DNA of 64,000 bases. Source: Obrimoposthia wandeli (lineage: Eukaryota). Positions 20,408 to 30,134 of this stretch are shown here, piece by piece. The notes under the pieces were generated by a model. It saw nothing but the letters and a program-made list of their open reading frames with translations. It had not been told where the DNA came from and searched no databases. Position numbers and translations under genes: made by a program. Where the stretch lies: contig CDROCS010003167.1 of NCBI GenBank assembly GCA_977020255.1, forward strand, positions 1 through 64,000, given 5' to 3'. The number at the start of each line of letters is the position of its first letter. The stretch's first letter is position 1.

Positions 20408-20983
20408 TTAAGGCATTTCAGCCGTGAATGATCTCAGATCATCTGGTGAATGAGGATTCGCCTCGCCACTGAAGTAGTCAAGAATTGTTCCGTCACTCTC
20501 GAACTCAGCATCATACTCATTGCCGTCATCGGAGAATACTTTGATTACCACCATGCTATTAAGTGACACCTCATCATCAGCAAGCTCTCTGCTGGAATCA
20601 TTTACGATGGTACGACTGATAGCAGCTAGAATGTCTGCACTGTGCGTAACGCAGAGCACATCTCGCTTACTGGCAGATATTTCAAATAGTTCAGTCACTA
20701 TTTCGTGATGATGCTCGCCATGTAAACACGCGTCAGGATGAATTAATGTGATGGCATCACAGTCACCTGCGCGCTCGATCAATTGAGCTACATGACTTTT
20801 TGATTCAAGGGCGTTATGTTGAGCAAAAGCGCTGGCAGGTACAATAAAGTTACCTTGATTACTGAAACCTCTAAGAATGTGGTGTAGCGCACCGGAATTT
20901 TTGTACATCAAAATATAAAGCATTTCTGTGACCTTATTGACTAGTAACTTGTGAGTTTTGGTTCGGTTCGTTTGTTTTGCCAT
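20408..20983 (-). CDS. degenerate C-terminal half of an AAA_21/DUF3696-type ABC ATPase
   Basis: ITLIHPDACLHG resembles IEEPEAHLHP; VLCVTHSADILAAISR resembles the THS H-loop; no Walker A. Confidence 0.5.
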   Translation of the reverse strand: MAKQTNRTKTHKLLVNKVTEMLYILMYKNSGALHHILRGFSNQGNFIVPASAFAQHNALESKSHVAQLIERAGDCDAITLIHPDACLHGEHHHEIVTELFEISASKRDVLCVTHSADILAAISRTIVNDSSRELADDEVSLNSMVVIKVFSDDGNEYDAEFESDGTILDYFSGEANPHSPDDLRSFTAEMP

Positions 20984-21022
20984 TTGGTGCTGGTGGATGC
21001 CACCAGCACTCTTGCAACTTAG

Positions 21023-21346
21023 CTACAGAGAGCCTTTGATTAGCGGAGTCCAGTAATTAACTTCTAGTTGATTAACTTCTAGTTGATTATTCTTAATATC
21101 AACGACAAACGCAGGCTTGGCACTGAAGTGTACACCACCAAGTATATCGCCGTTAAAGTCGTTCACGATTGATATGGTTGAGAAAAGAACGGCAAAAATA
21201 GCCATTAAAATTGATAGCATAATAAAGCTAGATATAACCTCTTCTCTGGCATGTTCTTCTAGGCGTTCCAATTTTTTATCGTAATCAATGAGATACATCT
21301 GCCACCCCCTCTGCGTACGCTCGAACAACCTGCAGTGATTTCTCAA
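21023..21346 (-). CDS. small membrane protein
   Basis: One TM segment; tandem NQLEV duplication encoded by a 15-bp repeat. Confidence 0.6.
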   Translation of the reverse strand: MRNHCRLFERTQRGWQMYLIDYDKKLERLEEHAREEVISSFIMLSILMAIFAVLFSTISIVNDFNGDILGGVHFSAKPAFVVDIKNNQLEVNQLEVNYWTPLIKGSL

Positions 21347-21707
21347 TCAGGGACTTTTTCTGCTCAGGAGTTAAAAATAGCGTGAACTCATCATAGATAA
21401 ATTTAACGTTGTTGTATTTAAAGTCTTCTGGTATTACGTCATTTGTATCGAGTTCGTAGTGATGGAAATCAAGTAGCGCCTTTTGGAACTCGTCAAAATC
21501 AAAGTCTAGTTCGAGTTCATCTTGCTCTTTAGTTATTTCGATGCATTTGACGCTGGGTAATGCTTTTTTAAGGTGGGTGTAGATATCATCAACAAGCGCA
21601 GGGCAGCTGCCGTGGTCATAGCTTGCCAAAATCACTGTGCCATTAAGAAGAACCGCATTAAGTTCCTCATCCGTGCCTTTAAGTAGAACTTCAACTCTTG
21701 CAATCAT
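21285..21707 (-). CDS. acidic hypothetical protein
   Basis: 140-aa ORF with AGGG RBS. Confidence 0.7.
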   Translation of the reverse strand: MIARVEVLLKGTDEELNAVLLNGTVILASYDHGSCPALVDDIYTHLKKALPSVKCIEITKEQDELELDFDFDEFQKALLDFHHYELDTNDVIPEDFKYNNVKFIYDEFTLFLTPEQKKSLIEKSLQVVRAYAEGVADVSH

Positions 21708-21793
21708 GTTATTAATCCCTAGTATTTATTTCGCCTTGACCTCAAGGGCAAGGCGGTTTCGTGATGATGCTGGTGGATGTTTGCTTTGATGGA

Positions 21794-22105
21794 CTACAGC
21801 GAGAATACAATCCACTTGCAATTTTCGTCCATTTCCACGCCCAGCTGGCACGAGAGGTATTTCTTCGGGATAATTGACGGGAAGATATCAATAAGACCTT
21901 TAACACAACGTACATCCCACTGGTCAACGACCTTAATCATGGCCGCTCTGTTTTCTTGTACAGATTCGCTGAATGACACCTTACCCTGATTACCATTGAG
22001 CGCGCTATCAATGAGGGTTCTAAATAGAACTTCAGAGTGATCTTTTTGTAGGTTTAACTGCGCAACAGCAAGGTCTTTTAACTTATCAAATGGAACGTAT
22101 AGCAT
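21794..22105 (-). CDS. hypothetical protein
   Basis: 103-aa ORF. Confidence 0.6.
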   Translation of the reverse strand: MLYVPFDKLKDLAVAQLNLQKDHSEVLFRTLIDSALNGNQGKVSFSESVQENRAAMIKVVDQWDVRCVKGLIDIFPSIIPKKYLSCQLGVEMDENCKWIVFSL

Positions 22106-22213
22106 GATTGTATTTTCCCGTTAGGATTATCTTTGGAGACTGACGGGGTTTTAAGCATTAAACCCGTCAGCGTTAACTCGAATAGCTAGCCCCGTGAGGA
22201 GCCGCTTAATTAC

Positions 22214-22618
22214 TTAGGCGTCAAAGTCAGCCCAGTCTGTCATCGTTAGAACTTTTAGTGTCCCATCCACATTAATGACATCACCCATTGATGTACTAGA
22301 CAAAAATGCGTCTGCATTAATTTCCGTGATGCAATCTTGCTCAGCCCAGTGACAATCAGGGTCTTCAACGTTAATGTTTGTTTTTCTAAACAAATCGCTC
22401 TTACGTTCACATTCAATTTTGAATGCTTCACAGAAGTATTCTTTTGGAAGTTTAATCGCAAGCTTGGCTAGTTTGATTTGTGATTCATCATCAAAAGTGA
22501 ATCGCTTTGCGTTGAACACTTCTTCTAGTTGAGGTGTTGCTGAAATAGAGTAGTTATGAAAGTCTGCATACTTTTCCATAAAAATACGAGTGAAGCGGTA
22601 GTTAATTACTTTTTTCAT
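22214..22618 (-). CDS. YodL-like domain protein
   Basis: C-terminal SSTSMGDVINVDG resembles the YodL S.SVGDV..DG signature. Confidence 0.5.
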   Translation of the reverse strand: MKKVINYRFTRIFMEKYADFHNYSISATPQLEEVFNAKRFTFDDESQIKLAKLAIKLPKEYFCEAFKIECERKSDLFRKTNINVEDPDCHWAEQDCITEINADAFLSSTSMGDVINVDGTLKVLTMTDWADFDA

Positions 22619-22644
22619 TGTTTAAGCCTTTAGTCTTAACCTTG

Positions 22645-22719
22645 TCGGCGGTACCACACCCCCGAAACCTGTAGCTATATTACCACAGTAAGCTTCAATG
22701 TAAAGCGTTTTCGAAAACA
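22645..22719 (-). promoter_or_regulatory. shared promoter element with GTGGT-loop hairpin
   Basis: TGTTTTCGAAAAC-gc-TTTACA-16bp-TAATAT-AGCTACAGGT-TCGGGGGT-GTGGT-ACCGCCGA. Confidence 0.85.
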
Positions 22720-22841
22720 AATGTCATTATCTAAAACAGAGTAATAAGTGATCAGTTTCGTCTGCTCCAAAAGTAGGCTGGATTGATATTGGCCACTATA
22801 GTGGTAATATAGCTCGCACATATCCAAACTTGGTTTAATTT

Positions 22842-23357
22842 ATGTCAGATACTTTAAGTGGTCGCAACCAGATAGATCCGCGTGAGGACTGTGCTGGTGA
22901 GCAATTTAAATATGAGATAGTCCACCCGTCAGGGGGTAACGATGATATTTGTGATAATGTTGATAGTGACATGGTTCAGGAAGCAAAGGCGCTGGCAGAG
23001 CGAAGGGGTTTAAAGATAAAAGAAGATGAAGAGCTTCATTCTCTTGCCCTATCTGGAGGCACTGTTATTGGTGCAGCGTGGAACTTATTTGATGGTGAGA
23101 ACTATGAATTTACGGTTGTGGTCGATAAGGAGTATGAAAGTAAGGGCTTAGGTAAGCGGCTAGCGGCTCTGGTAGTAGAGGCTAGAAGTCATCACGTTGA
23201 TACACATGAAGATAGTTTGATGCTTGTTTATGTAGCCTCTAATCAGATGAATAACATCCTTAGGCAACAAGGCTTTGTTGTCACCAGAGTTTTAAATGCC
23301 ACCAGCGCTGTTATGGGGCTTAGAGGTGAGTGCACCTGCGTTTTTGATATTGATTAA
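22842..23357 (+). CDS. GNAT-family acetyltransferase
   Basis: Motif A FTVVVDKEYESKGLGKRLA. Confidence 0.7.
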   Translation: MSDTLSGRNQIDPREDCAGEQFKYEIVHPSGGNDDICDNVDSDMVQEAKALAERRGLKIKEDEELHSLALSGGTVIGAAWNLFDGENYEFTVVVDKEYESKGLGKRLAALVVEARSHHVDTHEDSLMLVYVASNQMNNILRQQGFVVTRVLNATSAVMGLRGECTCVFDID

Positions 23358-23444
23358 CCTAGTTAATTAAGCGAACCTCAACAAGATTTACCAATGCTAG
23401 AATAGAGAGCCAGCAAGCCTTACAACGTGGTATTATAGGTTGTA

Positions 23445-24038
23445 GTGAATGGTATGGTGTCATTTGCATGTAATAAGGTTATGTTGGTTATGCTCGCTCT
23501 CTCAGTTCCTGTCACGTTAAGTGTGTCCATTAAGAAGCACGTACCGCTTAATATTAGGTACGCAATTCTAGATTCACTAATTTGTTCTCGTCCGATCGTC
23601 TGCTCCACTAACTCCGAGTTCTTAACGGATGTTGTAAATAAATTAGTAGTTAGTAGATTGAGAGCCAGAGAGTCGCTTAGAGGCGCTGCGGTGTGCGTAG
23701 TCGATAAATTAGAGTGCATAGGTGCATCGATTGGTACAAATCTACTGGCAATGAGCGTAAAAAAAGTCAACTCAGACCGTCTGGTCGTAAGCTCAATGCT
23801 AAATATATCTCTTTGTAATAGCCTGACTGCTGAAGCGGTCACCTACATCCGCACACTGTTTATGGCTGGGGCGCTGGATCAAACGCCTTGGTGCGATTTA
23901 TTCACAAAGAAGTGTCAGTACCTGCTAATGCTGGCGATTATAGAGTGCAGTTCTGATGGCTACTCTGAGTGTTGCGACCTTGATGAAGTTGCCCCGTCAA
24001 TAATAGTATCAGCAAACCTCGAATTTAATAATGCCTAA
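23445..24038 (+). CDS. hypothetical protein, possibly a highly degenerate serine-recombinase catalytic domain
   Basis: VCVVDKLECIGASI resembles LVVWKLDRLGRSL; weak similarity. Confidence 0.4.
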   Translation: MNGMVSFACNKVMLVMLALSVPVTLSVSIKKHVPLNIRYAILDSLICSRPIVCSTNSEFLTDVVNKLVVSRLRARESLRGAAVCVVDKLECIGASIGTNLLAMSVKKVNSDRLVVSSMLNISLCNSLTAEAVTYIRTLFMAGALDQTPWCDLFTKKCQYLLMLAIIECSSDGYSECCDLDEVAPSIIVSANLEFNNA

Positions 24039-24110
24039 GTTATTTATTGATTTGACTACGATTTAACCTAAAACACCACAATATAGATTTCCTAATGGTA
24101 ATTACAAGAA

Positions 24111-24147
24111 AGTTCGATATAGGCATTGACCAAGCCTAAATCGAACT
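24111..24147. promoter_or_regulatory. 37-bp inverted-repeat operator overlapping a sigma70 promoter
   Basis: AGTTCGAT-N21-ATCGAACT spanning TTGACC (24126-24131); TACTAT at 24149-24154. Confidence 0.7.
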
Positions 24148-24202
24148 GTACTATGCAAACAAGTAAAGCGAACCAGCTTAATCGAACCAATAAGGGTAGA
24201 CA

Positions 24203-25408
24203 ATGAACGCAACAACAAGAACACTAACGCCAGTAATTACTAAACTAACTAACGCTGAATTATCTCCATTGGGTAAATCAGTATTACAGTTGGCAGTTTC
24301 ATTGTCTGCGCTATCTACGCTAGAACCAGATGACGACACTGGTACGGATGAGCGATACTGTGCACTTGTTGAGGCTCGTGATAACTCAAAAGCAATGAGC
24401 GATCAAGCTGGTTGTAAGCCAGCTACCCAAGCGCTAGTTAAAACATCATTAACTATCACAAATATAAAAGGCTTTATCGATATGGTCGTAATGGCTGTAA
24501 CAAATACTGCATCTCAAGCCAATATCAAAGCAGACAAGGCTACTGACGCCACTGCAACTCAATGCGGTAAGACTCTAAACGAACTACAGGCTATACAAGA
24601 CAAAGGTGGTAAGTTCCTTGTAGTGGCGAATTCTGTAGTGATTAAGTCATATAAGTTAGAGCGTGCCGCTACCGAGTACGCTGAGAAGAATGGCGCGGTA
24701 TTAGTATCTGTAAAGGATGTAATTGAACTGCTTGAGTCTACTCCAGTAAGTAACAAGGCTACCAAGAGCGCCGCACCTCAAGTGGCGCGTAAAACTGCTC
24801 ACCAAGCAGAAATGCAATTAGATTTAATCGGTTTTGATGCACCTGATGCCAACCACGATAAAGACAAAGACTCTGTCAATGAGCGCTTAAACGTGATCAG
24901 ACTTGATACGGAATGCGCAACCATTGCTAACCAGATTGATATTGCTATGTCGCTTAATAAAGGCCTTACCGAGCTAAGCGAAATGGCCGAAGAAATAGAG
25001 ATCGGTTACAAGGCTGAAATCACACATCGCGCCGAGGTAAAGCTAAAAGAATCGGAAGACCTGTTAGATGTTATTAGCGTTGATACCGAACTGGACGAAA
25101 TAAGCGACCTAATCGATTCCACTCGCAATATGACAGGCCAGACGAAGATTGATAGCCTAGAAAAAATAGAAGCTCTGTACGCCTCTGAGTTGGCCCAGCG
25201 ACAAGTCAGCAAGGCAAGCTCTCTCTGGAAAAAGGTTGTGCGACTCAACAATGTAACGACCAACTCGGATGTCAAGTCAGCAATAAGCGCGGCACACCAG
25301 TTTTGGAGCGGAGATAAGCTGTTAAATCCATCCCTCCTGATTGAGGCTTGCCTTTCGATCCTCGATTACTCCAAGGATGCCAACAAAGAGCTTCCGTTAG
25401 CGGCCTAA
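24203..25408 (+). CDS. helical/coiled-coil hypothetical protein
   Basis: 401-aa ORF, AAGGG RBS, heptad-like C-terminal half. Confidence 0.8.
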   Translation: MNATTRTLTPVITKLTNAELSPLGKSVLQLAVSLSALSTLEPDDDTGTDERYCALVEARDNSKAMSDQAGCKPATQALVKTSLTITNIKGFIDMVVMAVTNTASQANIKADKATDATATQCGKTLNELQAIQDKGGKFLVVANSVVIKSYKLERAATEYAEKNGAVLVSVKDVIELLESTPVSNKATKSAAPQVARKTAHQAEMQLDLIGFDAPDANHDKDKDSVNERLNVIRLDTECATIANQIDIAMSLNKGLTELSEMAEEIEIGYKAEITHRAEVKLKESEDLLDVISVDTELDEISDLIDSTRNMTGQTKIDSLEKIEALYASELAQRQVSKASSLWKKVVRLNNVTTNSDVKSAISAAHQFWSGDKLLNPSLLIEACLSILDYSKDANKELPLAA

Positions 25409-25444
25409 GCCTCGCTCGTAACACAATGTCTGTAATATTTGCAT

Positions 25445-25481
25445 AGTTCGATTTAATCCATATAATGCGGTTAATCGAACT
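25445..25481. promoter_or_regulatory. second 37-bp inverted-repeat operator overlapping the resolvase promoter
   Basis: AGTTCGAT-N21-ATCGAACT containing TATAAT (25461-25466); TTGCAT at 25439-25444. Confidence 0.7.
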
Positions 25482-25518
25482 AGCTGCGTAGAATCAAAAC
25501 GGTAAGGTAGAAGAAATA

Positions 25519-26142
25519 ATGCAAAAACAAATTAGAGCGTATGTGCGAGCAGCAACCCCTAGTGCAATCAAGACACCTATAAATGAGTTAGAGTGCTTTG
25601 CGGCTAATCATGGCTTGCCAATAGAGAGCCTTTACCGTGAGGTTGTATCAGGCTTACACCTTGAGCGACCAGAGCTAGTTATGCTGGTGGATGAATCGTC
25701 CAAAGGTGATGTGCTACTTGTAGACCTTATGAGAACGCTTACCGACTTACCTTATAATCAATGGATGTCATTGCTGCATCAAATAGAAGATAAAGACTTG
25801 ATTATCGTAGTGGCTGAAATGCCTATGACTTTAGATCAGTTATCTAACGACAGTAAGATTTCCAAGCTAACCGCAGCTCTCACCCCTTTTATTATTGAAA
25901 TGGTCACTATGACCGCTTACAAGGGATTGTGTGCAAGACAACTAACTCAGGCTGAGGGAATAAAGAGAGCTCAGGCCGCTGGTAAGTTTAAAGGTAAGCA
26001 AATCAATGCTGAGTTACACGCTGATATTAAGCGGTTGCTTGCGGGTGGCTCTACTTACTCTGCTATACAGGAAGAGCTAAAGTGTTCTCGCTCAACAATT
26101 GCAGTAGTTAAAAAAATAATAAATAGTCATGCTGGTGGCTGA
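25519..26142 (+). CDS. serine resolvase-family protein lacking the catalytic serine
   Basis: RAYVRAAT in place of RAY.RAST; SG...ERPEL, GDVLLV, GKFKGK and a C-terminal HTH (STYSAIQEELKCSRSTI). Confidence 0.85.
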   Translation: MQKQIRAYVRAATPSAIKTPINELECFAANHGLPIESLYREVVSGLHLERPELVMLVDESSKGDVLLVDLMRTLTDLPYNQWMSLLHQIEDKDLIIVVAEMPMTLDQLSNDSKISKLTAALTPFIIEMVTMTAYKGLCARQLTQAEGIKRAQAAGKFKGKQINAELHADIKRLLAGGSTYSAIQEELKCSRSTIAVVKKIINSHAGG

Positions 26143-26178
26143 GCACCTGACTTTAGATTGAACTGACTAACTCTCTAT

Positions 26179-26251
26179 TGTTTTTGAAAACACTTGCGCG
26201 GAAGCGCTATTGTGTTATTATAGCCACAGGTTGAAGAAACGTGGTGTTTCT
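26179..26251 (+). promoter_or_regulatory. shared promoter element with GTGGT-loop hairpin
   Basis: TGTTTTTGAAAACA-c-TTGCGC-16bp-TATTAT-AGCCACAGGT..AGAAAC-GTGGT-GTTTCT. Confidence 0.85.
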
Positions 26252-26279
26252 CAAAAGTATTATTAGGCAGGTCAATAAC

Positions 26280-26522
26280 ATGAAAGAATTAATCGCGTTT
26301 ACAATCAAACAAAACGTTCTGCAAGATCTGTTTGGTGAGCCGCAGTATCCAGTCGAGCCAACACTGCTAACGAAAAAACAAAAGCAAGATTTAGGTTGGG
26401 CAATCGAGGGGCAATTATCGCCTGAGAACCTTGGTTGCGATGGTGAAATTAGCGTGTTGAGTGCTCGAAGCAAGGAGCGCTTACTTAACACAGTAAAAGA
26501 CCAATTGGACGCTCTGCAGTAG
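26280..26522 (+). CDS. small hypothetical protein (LSPENLGCDGE motif)
   Basis: The track ORF starts at 26241, inside the hairpin; ATG at 26280 is the more likely start. Confidence 0.7.
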   Translation: MKELIAFTIKQNVLQDLFGEPQYPVEPTLLTKKQKQDLGWAIEGQLSPENLGCDGEISVLSARSKERLLNTVKDQLDALQ

Positions 26523-26535
26523 CTAAAAAGTAAAG

Positions 26536-26563
26536 CACCGGCTCTAAGCACTGAGAGCCGGTG
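26536..26563. terminator. terminator-like hairpin
   Basis: 10-bp stem caccggctct / agagccggtg after the stop codon. Confidence 0.55.
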
Positions 26564-26921
26564 TCAGTTAATTTCGAGGTATCAAGCTTTCGCTGAAATC
26601 TAGCCTCAACAGTCCTTTCCCGATGAAAAATATCTCTTTCTTACTACTCGCTTCCGTGCAAAAAAAATGGTGACCTGCATAAGCTAATGAGGTTCCTGCA
26701 ACTGCCAAGTAAAATATGGTCAGCCGTTTTTTTGATAAAGCCATCTTGCCTCTGATTGGATTGTTTCATCTTTTTGATGTTGGTAGTACCAACAACGTAT
26801 TGCTGTGGACTATGCTTTCTGGAAGTTAGTTGTGGTGATGTAGATTACTGCGAGGAATTCCATTGTAACGCAACCTGCTAAGCATCAACTTAGATGCCAC
26901 TTAGCAGGCCAAATTATATAA

Positions 26922-27695
26922 CTACTGAGCTTCTACTTCGTACACACTTCTGTTCCAGTCAGATAAACTAACAGGTATCAACTGTATGTCAATTCCAGCA
27001 ATGTTAAGTGGTTCGATGTTCGCCAAAATATATGAAACTTTACCTCTTACGAACTCAACCGGTACACTGCCTACGCTTTCAAACCTTGAATCGCGGCTTT
27101 CATCACGGTTATCACCCATAACAAAGATCTCTCCACCCGGTACAGTCCACTCACCAGATCTAAACTTAGTATCTGTACTATCTTGAGCCAATCCATCCTT
27201 ACTTACAGAATATCTCGTTAGGAACTCTTTACCGTTAAGAGTTTGCTTGTAGGTGCTGTAACCACCCTCAAGACCTACATGCTCAGACTTAACAACCTTA
27301 CCGTTAATGAACAAGTCATGGCCGTTGATTTTAATCTTGTCCCCTGCCAATCCGATAACTCTCTTCACGAATACAACACCGGAGTGACGCTCGTTGAATA
27401 TAACTACATCACCTTGCTCAGGCTCGCCCTTTCGGAAAAAGCTAACATCAGTCATAGGAACTCTGTAGCTATATGCATCCATATCAACAATGACCCGGTC
27501 GTTAATCCTCAGCGTTGGGATCATAGATCCACTTGGGATGTGGTACCAAGACATGAATGTGCCTCTAAGTACAATTATCGCCAATACAATTAACATCGTT
27601 GTCCAGTTACTATTCATCACTCTTTTAAAACCGCTTACTGAAAACATATTTACTCCTTTGGGATTTATTTTGTTGGAGCTTAGTAACTTGAGCAA
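26922..27695 (-). CDS. signal peptidase I (S26 family), possibly the conjugative-pilin maturase type
   Basis: IPSGSMIPTL (Ser), VKRVIGLAGD (Lys), MGDNRDESRDSR box; N-terminal TM. Confidence 0.9.
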   Translation of the reverse strand: MLKLLSSNKINPKGVNMFSVSGFKRVMNSNWTTMLIVLAIIVLRGTFMSWYHIPSGSMIPTLRINDRVIVDMDAYSYRVPMTDVSFFRKGEPEQGDVVIFNERHSGVVFVKRVIGLAGDKIKINGHDLFINGKVVKSEHVGLEGGYSTYKQTLNGKEFLTRYSVSKDGLAQDSTDTKFRSGEWTVPGGEIFVMGDNRDESRDSRFESVGSVPVEFVRGKVSYILANIEPLNIAGIDIQLIPVSLSDWNRSVYEVEAQ

Positions 27696-27786
27696 GGGAA
27701 ACCAAAATTAATTAATAATGCCTCTTCTGCTGGTGGATATGAAAATTTGTTTGCTCACTCACCAATGAGTAATATAAAGAAAAAGC

Positions 27787-28332
27787 ATGGACTTCGAGAA
27801 TAAGCTAAAAGCGGCTGTATCAAACACTACATCACCACTTGGAACAATCGTAAATAAATCATTAGACCTTACGCATCGCTGCTACACAGTAAAAGACGCT
27901 AAATCAATCCAAAAGAAAGGCTTTAACTTGAAGCGATGTGGTACAACGGCAAAATTATATGGCGCGCCAGACTTCCTCGTTAAATACGATCCAATTTGTG
28001 TGTTCGCCTGTGTTGATAAGGATGTATCTCAACCTGACAGTTACGCTGTGGTGAAATTCAGTATCCGTGACGCAAATGTATTGGAATACAGTGGAATGAC
28101 ACCTACAGCGTTTAAAAAGGCGATGTATGAGCACTTTGATGTAAGCAGCGTTCAGGAGCTGACCGGTAAGCTAAAAGAACTTGGAGTTGACGCGGTGATG
28201 TCGCCGGATAAAGATAATGCAGGTATGGAGGTCTTGGTTATAAATACAGATAAGATCGGAATTACTTACGCTGGTTATCAACTCGACGCACCAACAAAAA
28301 AAGTAGGTTTAAAACCAGTTGGAGTTAGTTAA
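27787..28332 (+). CDS. ADP-ribosyltransferase-like protein
   Basis: THRCY...SIQKKGF N-terminal strand and GVDAV...EVLVINTDKI C-terminal motif typical of ART folds. Confidence 0.5.
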   Translation: MDFENKLKAAVSNTTSPLGTIVNKSLDLTHRCYTVKDAKSIQKKGFNLKRCGTTAKLYGAPDFLVKYDPICVFACVDKDVSQPDSYAVVKFSIRDANVLEYSGMTPTAFKKAMYEHFDVSSVQELTGKLKELGVDAVMSPDKDNAGMEVLVINTDKIGITYAGYQLDAPTKKVGLKPVGVS

Positions 28333-28360
28333 GTGCGCCGTCGAAATGTAGGTGTTTGTG

Positions 28361-29785
28361 CTACTTGGTGAGTGCGTCGCCTAGGTCAATAATGCCATTA
28401 AAATAGTCTTCATCGTAAACGCTATCCGAAACAGCGTTTGCATGAATTAAAACAGGATGGAATGACACGCCTTTTAAATTTGGTAGTCTCTCTATTTTGT
28501 CTTCAACTTCCTTGATGATAGATCTACCAATAGCCTCCGCATAAAGCTTGCATTCGCAAACATAAATCCTATTTCTCGTTTGAATCAGTAGATCCACCTG
28601 AACACCTCTGCGAGCTGCAGTTGGTGTTTGCACGTAAGATCCAGCAAAAACAACATCTTTAGATTCAACTCTTAACTCAGCCAGTATGAATTCAATATTG
28701 TTGTGAGTAAGATTTTCAAATTGAAGTCCAAGTAACGACGATAAATTTTTTGGTGGTGCAGCTTTAATTAAGCTTTGTGATTTTGTTTTTATGATAGATC
28801 TAAAATAAAACGCGGTGTAATTGTCTGAAATACGTAATACGTATTTACCACCACTTTTTTTAGAACTGAGATCCCAAGCTAGGACTTTTCTTATAAAACC
28901 AACTTCTTCAAGTACCTTTAAAGCATGTGAATGACGGCCCGAATACGTTAGGCCCATCTTACTTGCGAGTTCCCCTGTTGTTAGGAGTTTGCTTGAATTG
29001 GCAATTGTTTCGAGTATGTTTCGGTAAAACTTATTTTCTTTAGAGAATAAGTCTTGGAACATTTTCTCAAACTCATCATGTAGAAAGCCAGACTCATTGA
29101 AGGCAATATTTGCTAGATTAACTTCTGCAGTTTTGTTTAGGTCAAACTCTTCGAGATATCGAGGTATGCTGCCGGTTGCACTTATAAATTTAATTATATC
29201 AGTGGTTGGGGCTTTGTTGATTTTTGCGCCAAAAAAATCTGGTAGATCTTTTAGTGGTAATTCTTTTAGCGATATAGAAATAGATACTCGCCCTACAAAG
29301 CCTTTGCTCATTAGGATATTCTCTTCTATCCACGATGATAGAGATCCGGATAAAATGATCATAAAGTTTTTTTTGAGTGTGAATTGATTTTCCCATAGCT
29401 CAAAGATAATAGACATAAATGAAGGTGACTTTGTCGCAATCCAGTTAACCTCATCAATTGCTAAAATTGTTTTTTTATCAGAACAAAGATCTCCAATAAA
29501 AGAAAAGAGCTCTCTCCAAGATGAATGCGGGGGAAAATAAGGGAGGTTAAATTCACTTTTTACCTGCTCTGCATATGCCGTGCGCTCATCGCTGTCGCTC
29601 ATGCCGGACACTGGTGGTGCTGAGGTTAGATATCGAAGTGTTATGCCTCTTCCATATTTTGGAAGCTCTTTTATTAGCCGAGTCTTGCCTATTCGTCTGC
29701 GGCCACGAATGACGTTTATCACGCCTCTATCTTTACTAAAGCTTCCAAGTAGTTGACTTATCTGTTCCTTTCTTCCTGCAAACAT
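28361..29785 (-). CDS. archaeal-type ATPase + wHTH + PD-(D/E)XK (DUF234-like) protein
   Basis: Walker A GRRRIGKT, Walker B AIDEVNW, GSIPRYL, GLQFEN, QVDLLI..VCECK. Confidence 0.85.
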   Translation of the reverse strand: MFAGRKEQISQLLGSFSKDRGVINVIRGRRRIGKTRLIKELPKYGRGITLRYLTSAPPVSGMSDSDERTAYAEQVKSEFNLPYFPPHSSWRELFSFIGDLCSDKKTILAIDEVNWIATKSPSFMSIIFELWENQFTLKKNFMIILSGSLSSWIEENILMSKGFVGRVSISISLKELPLKDLPDFFGAKINKAPTTDIIKFISATGSIPRYLEEFDLNKTAEVNLANIAFNESGFLHDEFEKMFQDLFSKENKFYRNILETIANSSKLLTTGELASKMGLTYSGRHSHALKVLEEVGFIRKVLAWDLSSKKSGGKYVLRISDNYTAFYFRSIIKTKSQSLIKAAPPKNLSSLLGLQFENLTHNNIEFILAELRVESKDVVFAGSYVQTPTAARRGVQVDLLIQTRNRIYVCECKLYAEAIGRSIIKEVEDKIERLPNLKGVSFHPVLIHANAVSDSVYDEDYFNGIIDLGDALTK

Positions 29786-29846
29786 CGGTATGACCCCAAC
29801 TAGTATCGTTATGTGCGGTTATATTAGCAGATATATATATACCTAT

Positions 29847-30134
29847 CTATACATGGAATTGTAAAATATGATTTTTATGTATAGCAAATAACAGGCATCA
29901 AGCTATACATAGAATTGTAAAATGTTATTTTTATGTATAGCAAATAACAGGCATCAAGCTATACATAGAATTGTAAAATGTGATTTTTATGTATAGCAAA
30001 TTACAGGTATCAAGCTATACATAGAATTGTGAAATGTGATTTTTATGTATAGCAAATAACAGGCATCAAGCTATACATAGAATTGTAAAATGTGATTTTT
30101 ATGTATAGCAAATAACAGGCATCAAGCTATACAT
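29847..30134. repeat. 56-bp tandem array (5 units plus 8 bp), each unit with the inverted repeat CTATACAT-N22-ATGTATAG
   Basis: Units start at 29847, 29903, 29959, 30015, 30071 and 30127; few substitutions; no unique spacers. Confidence 0.95.

Noticed and set aside
25519-26142. Tn3-family transposon
   Set aside because: No transposase or 38-bp terminal inverted repeats seen
29847-30134. CRISPR array
   Set aside because: The whole 56-bp unit repeats with only point changes; there are no unique spacers and no cas genes
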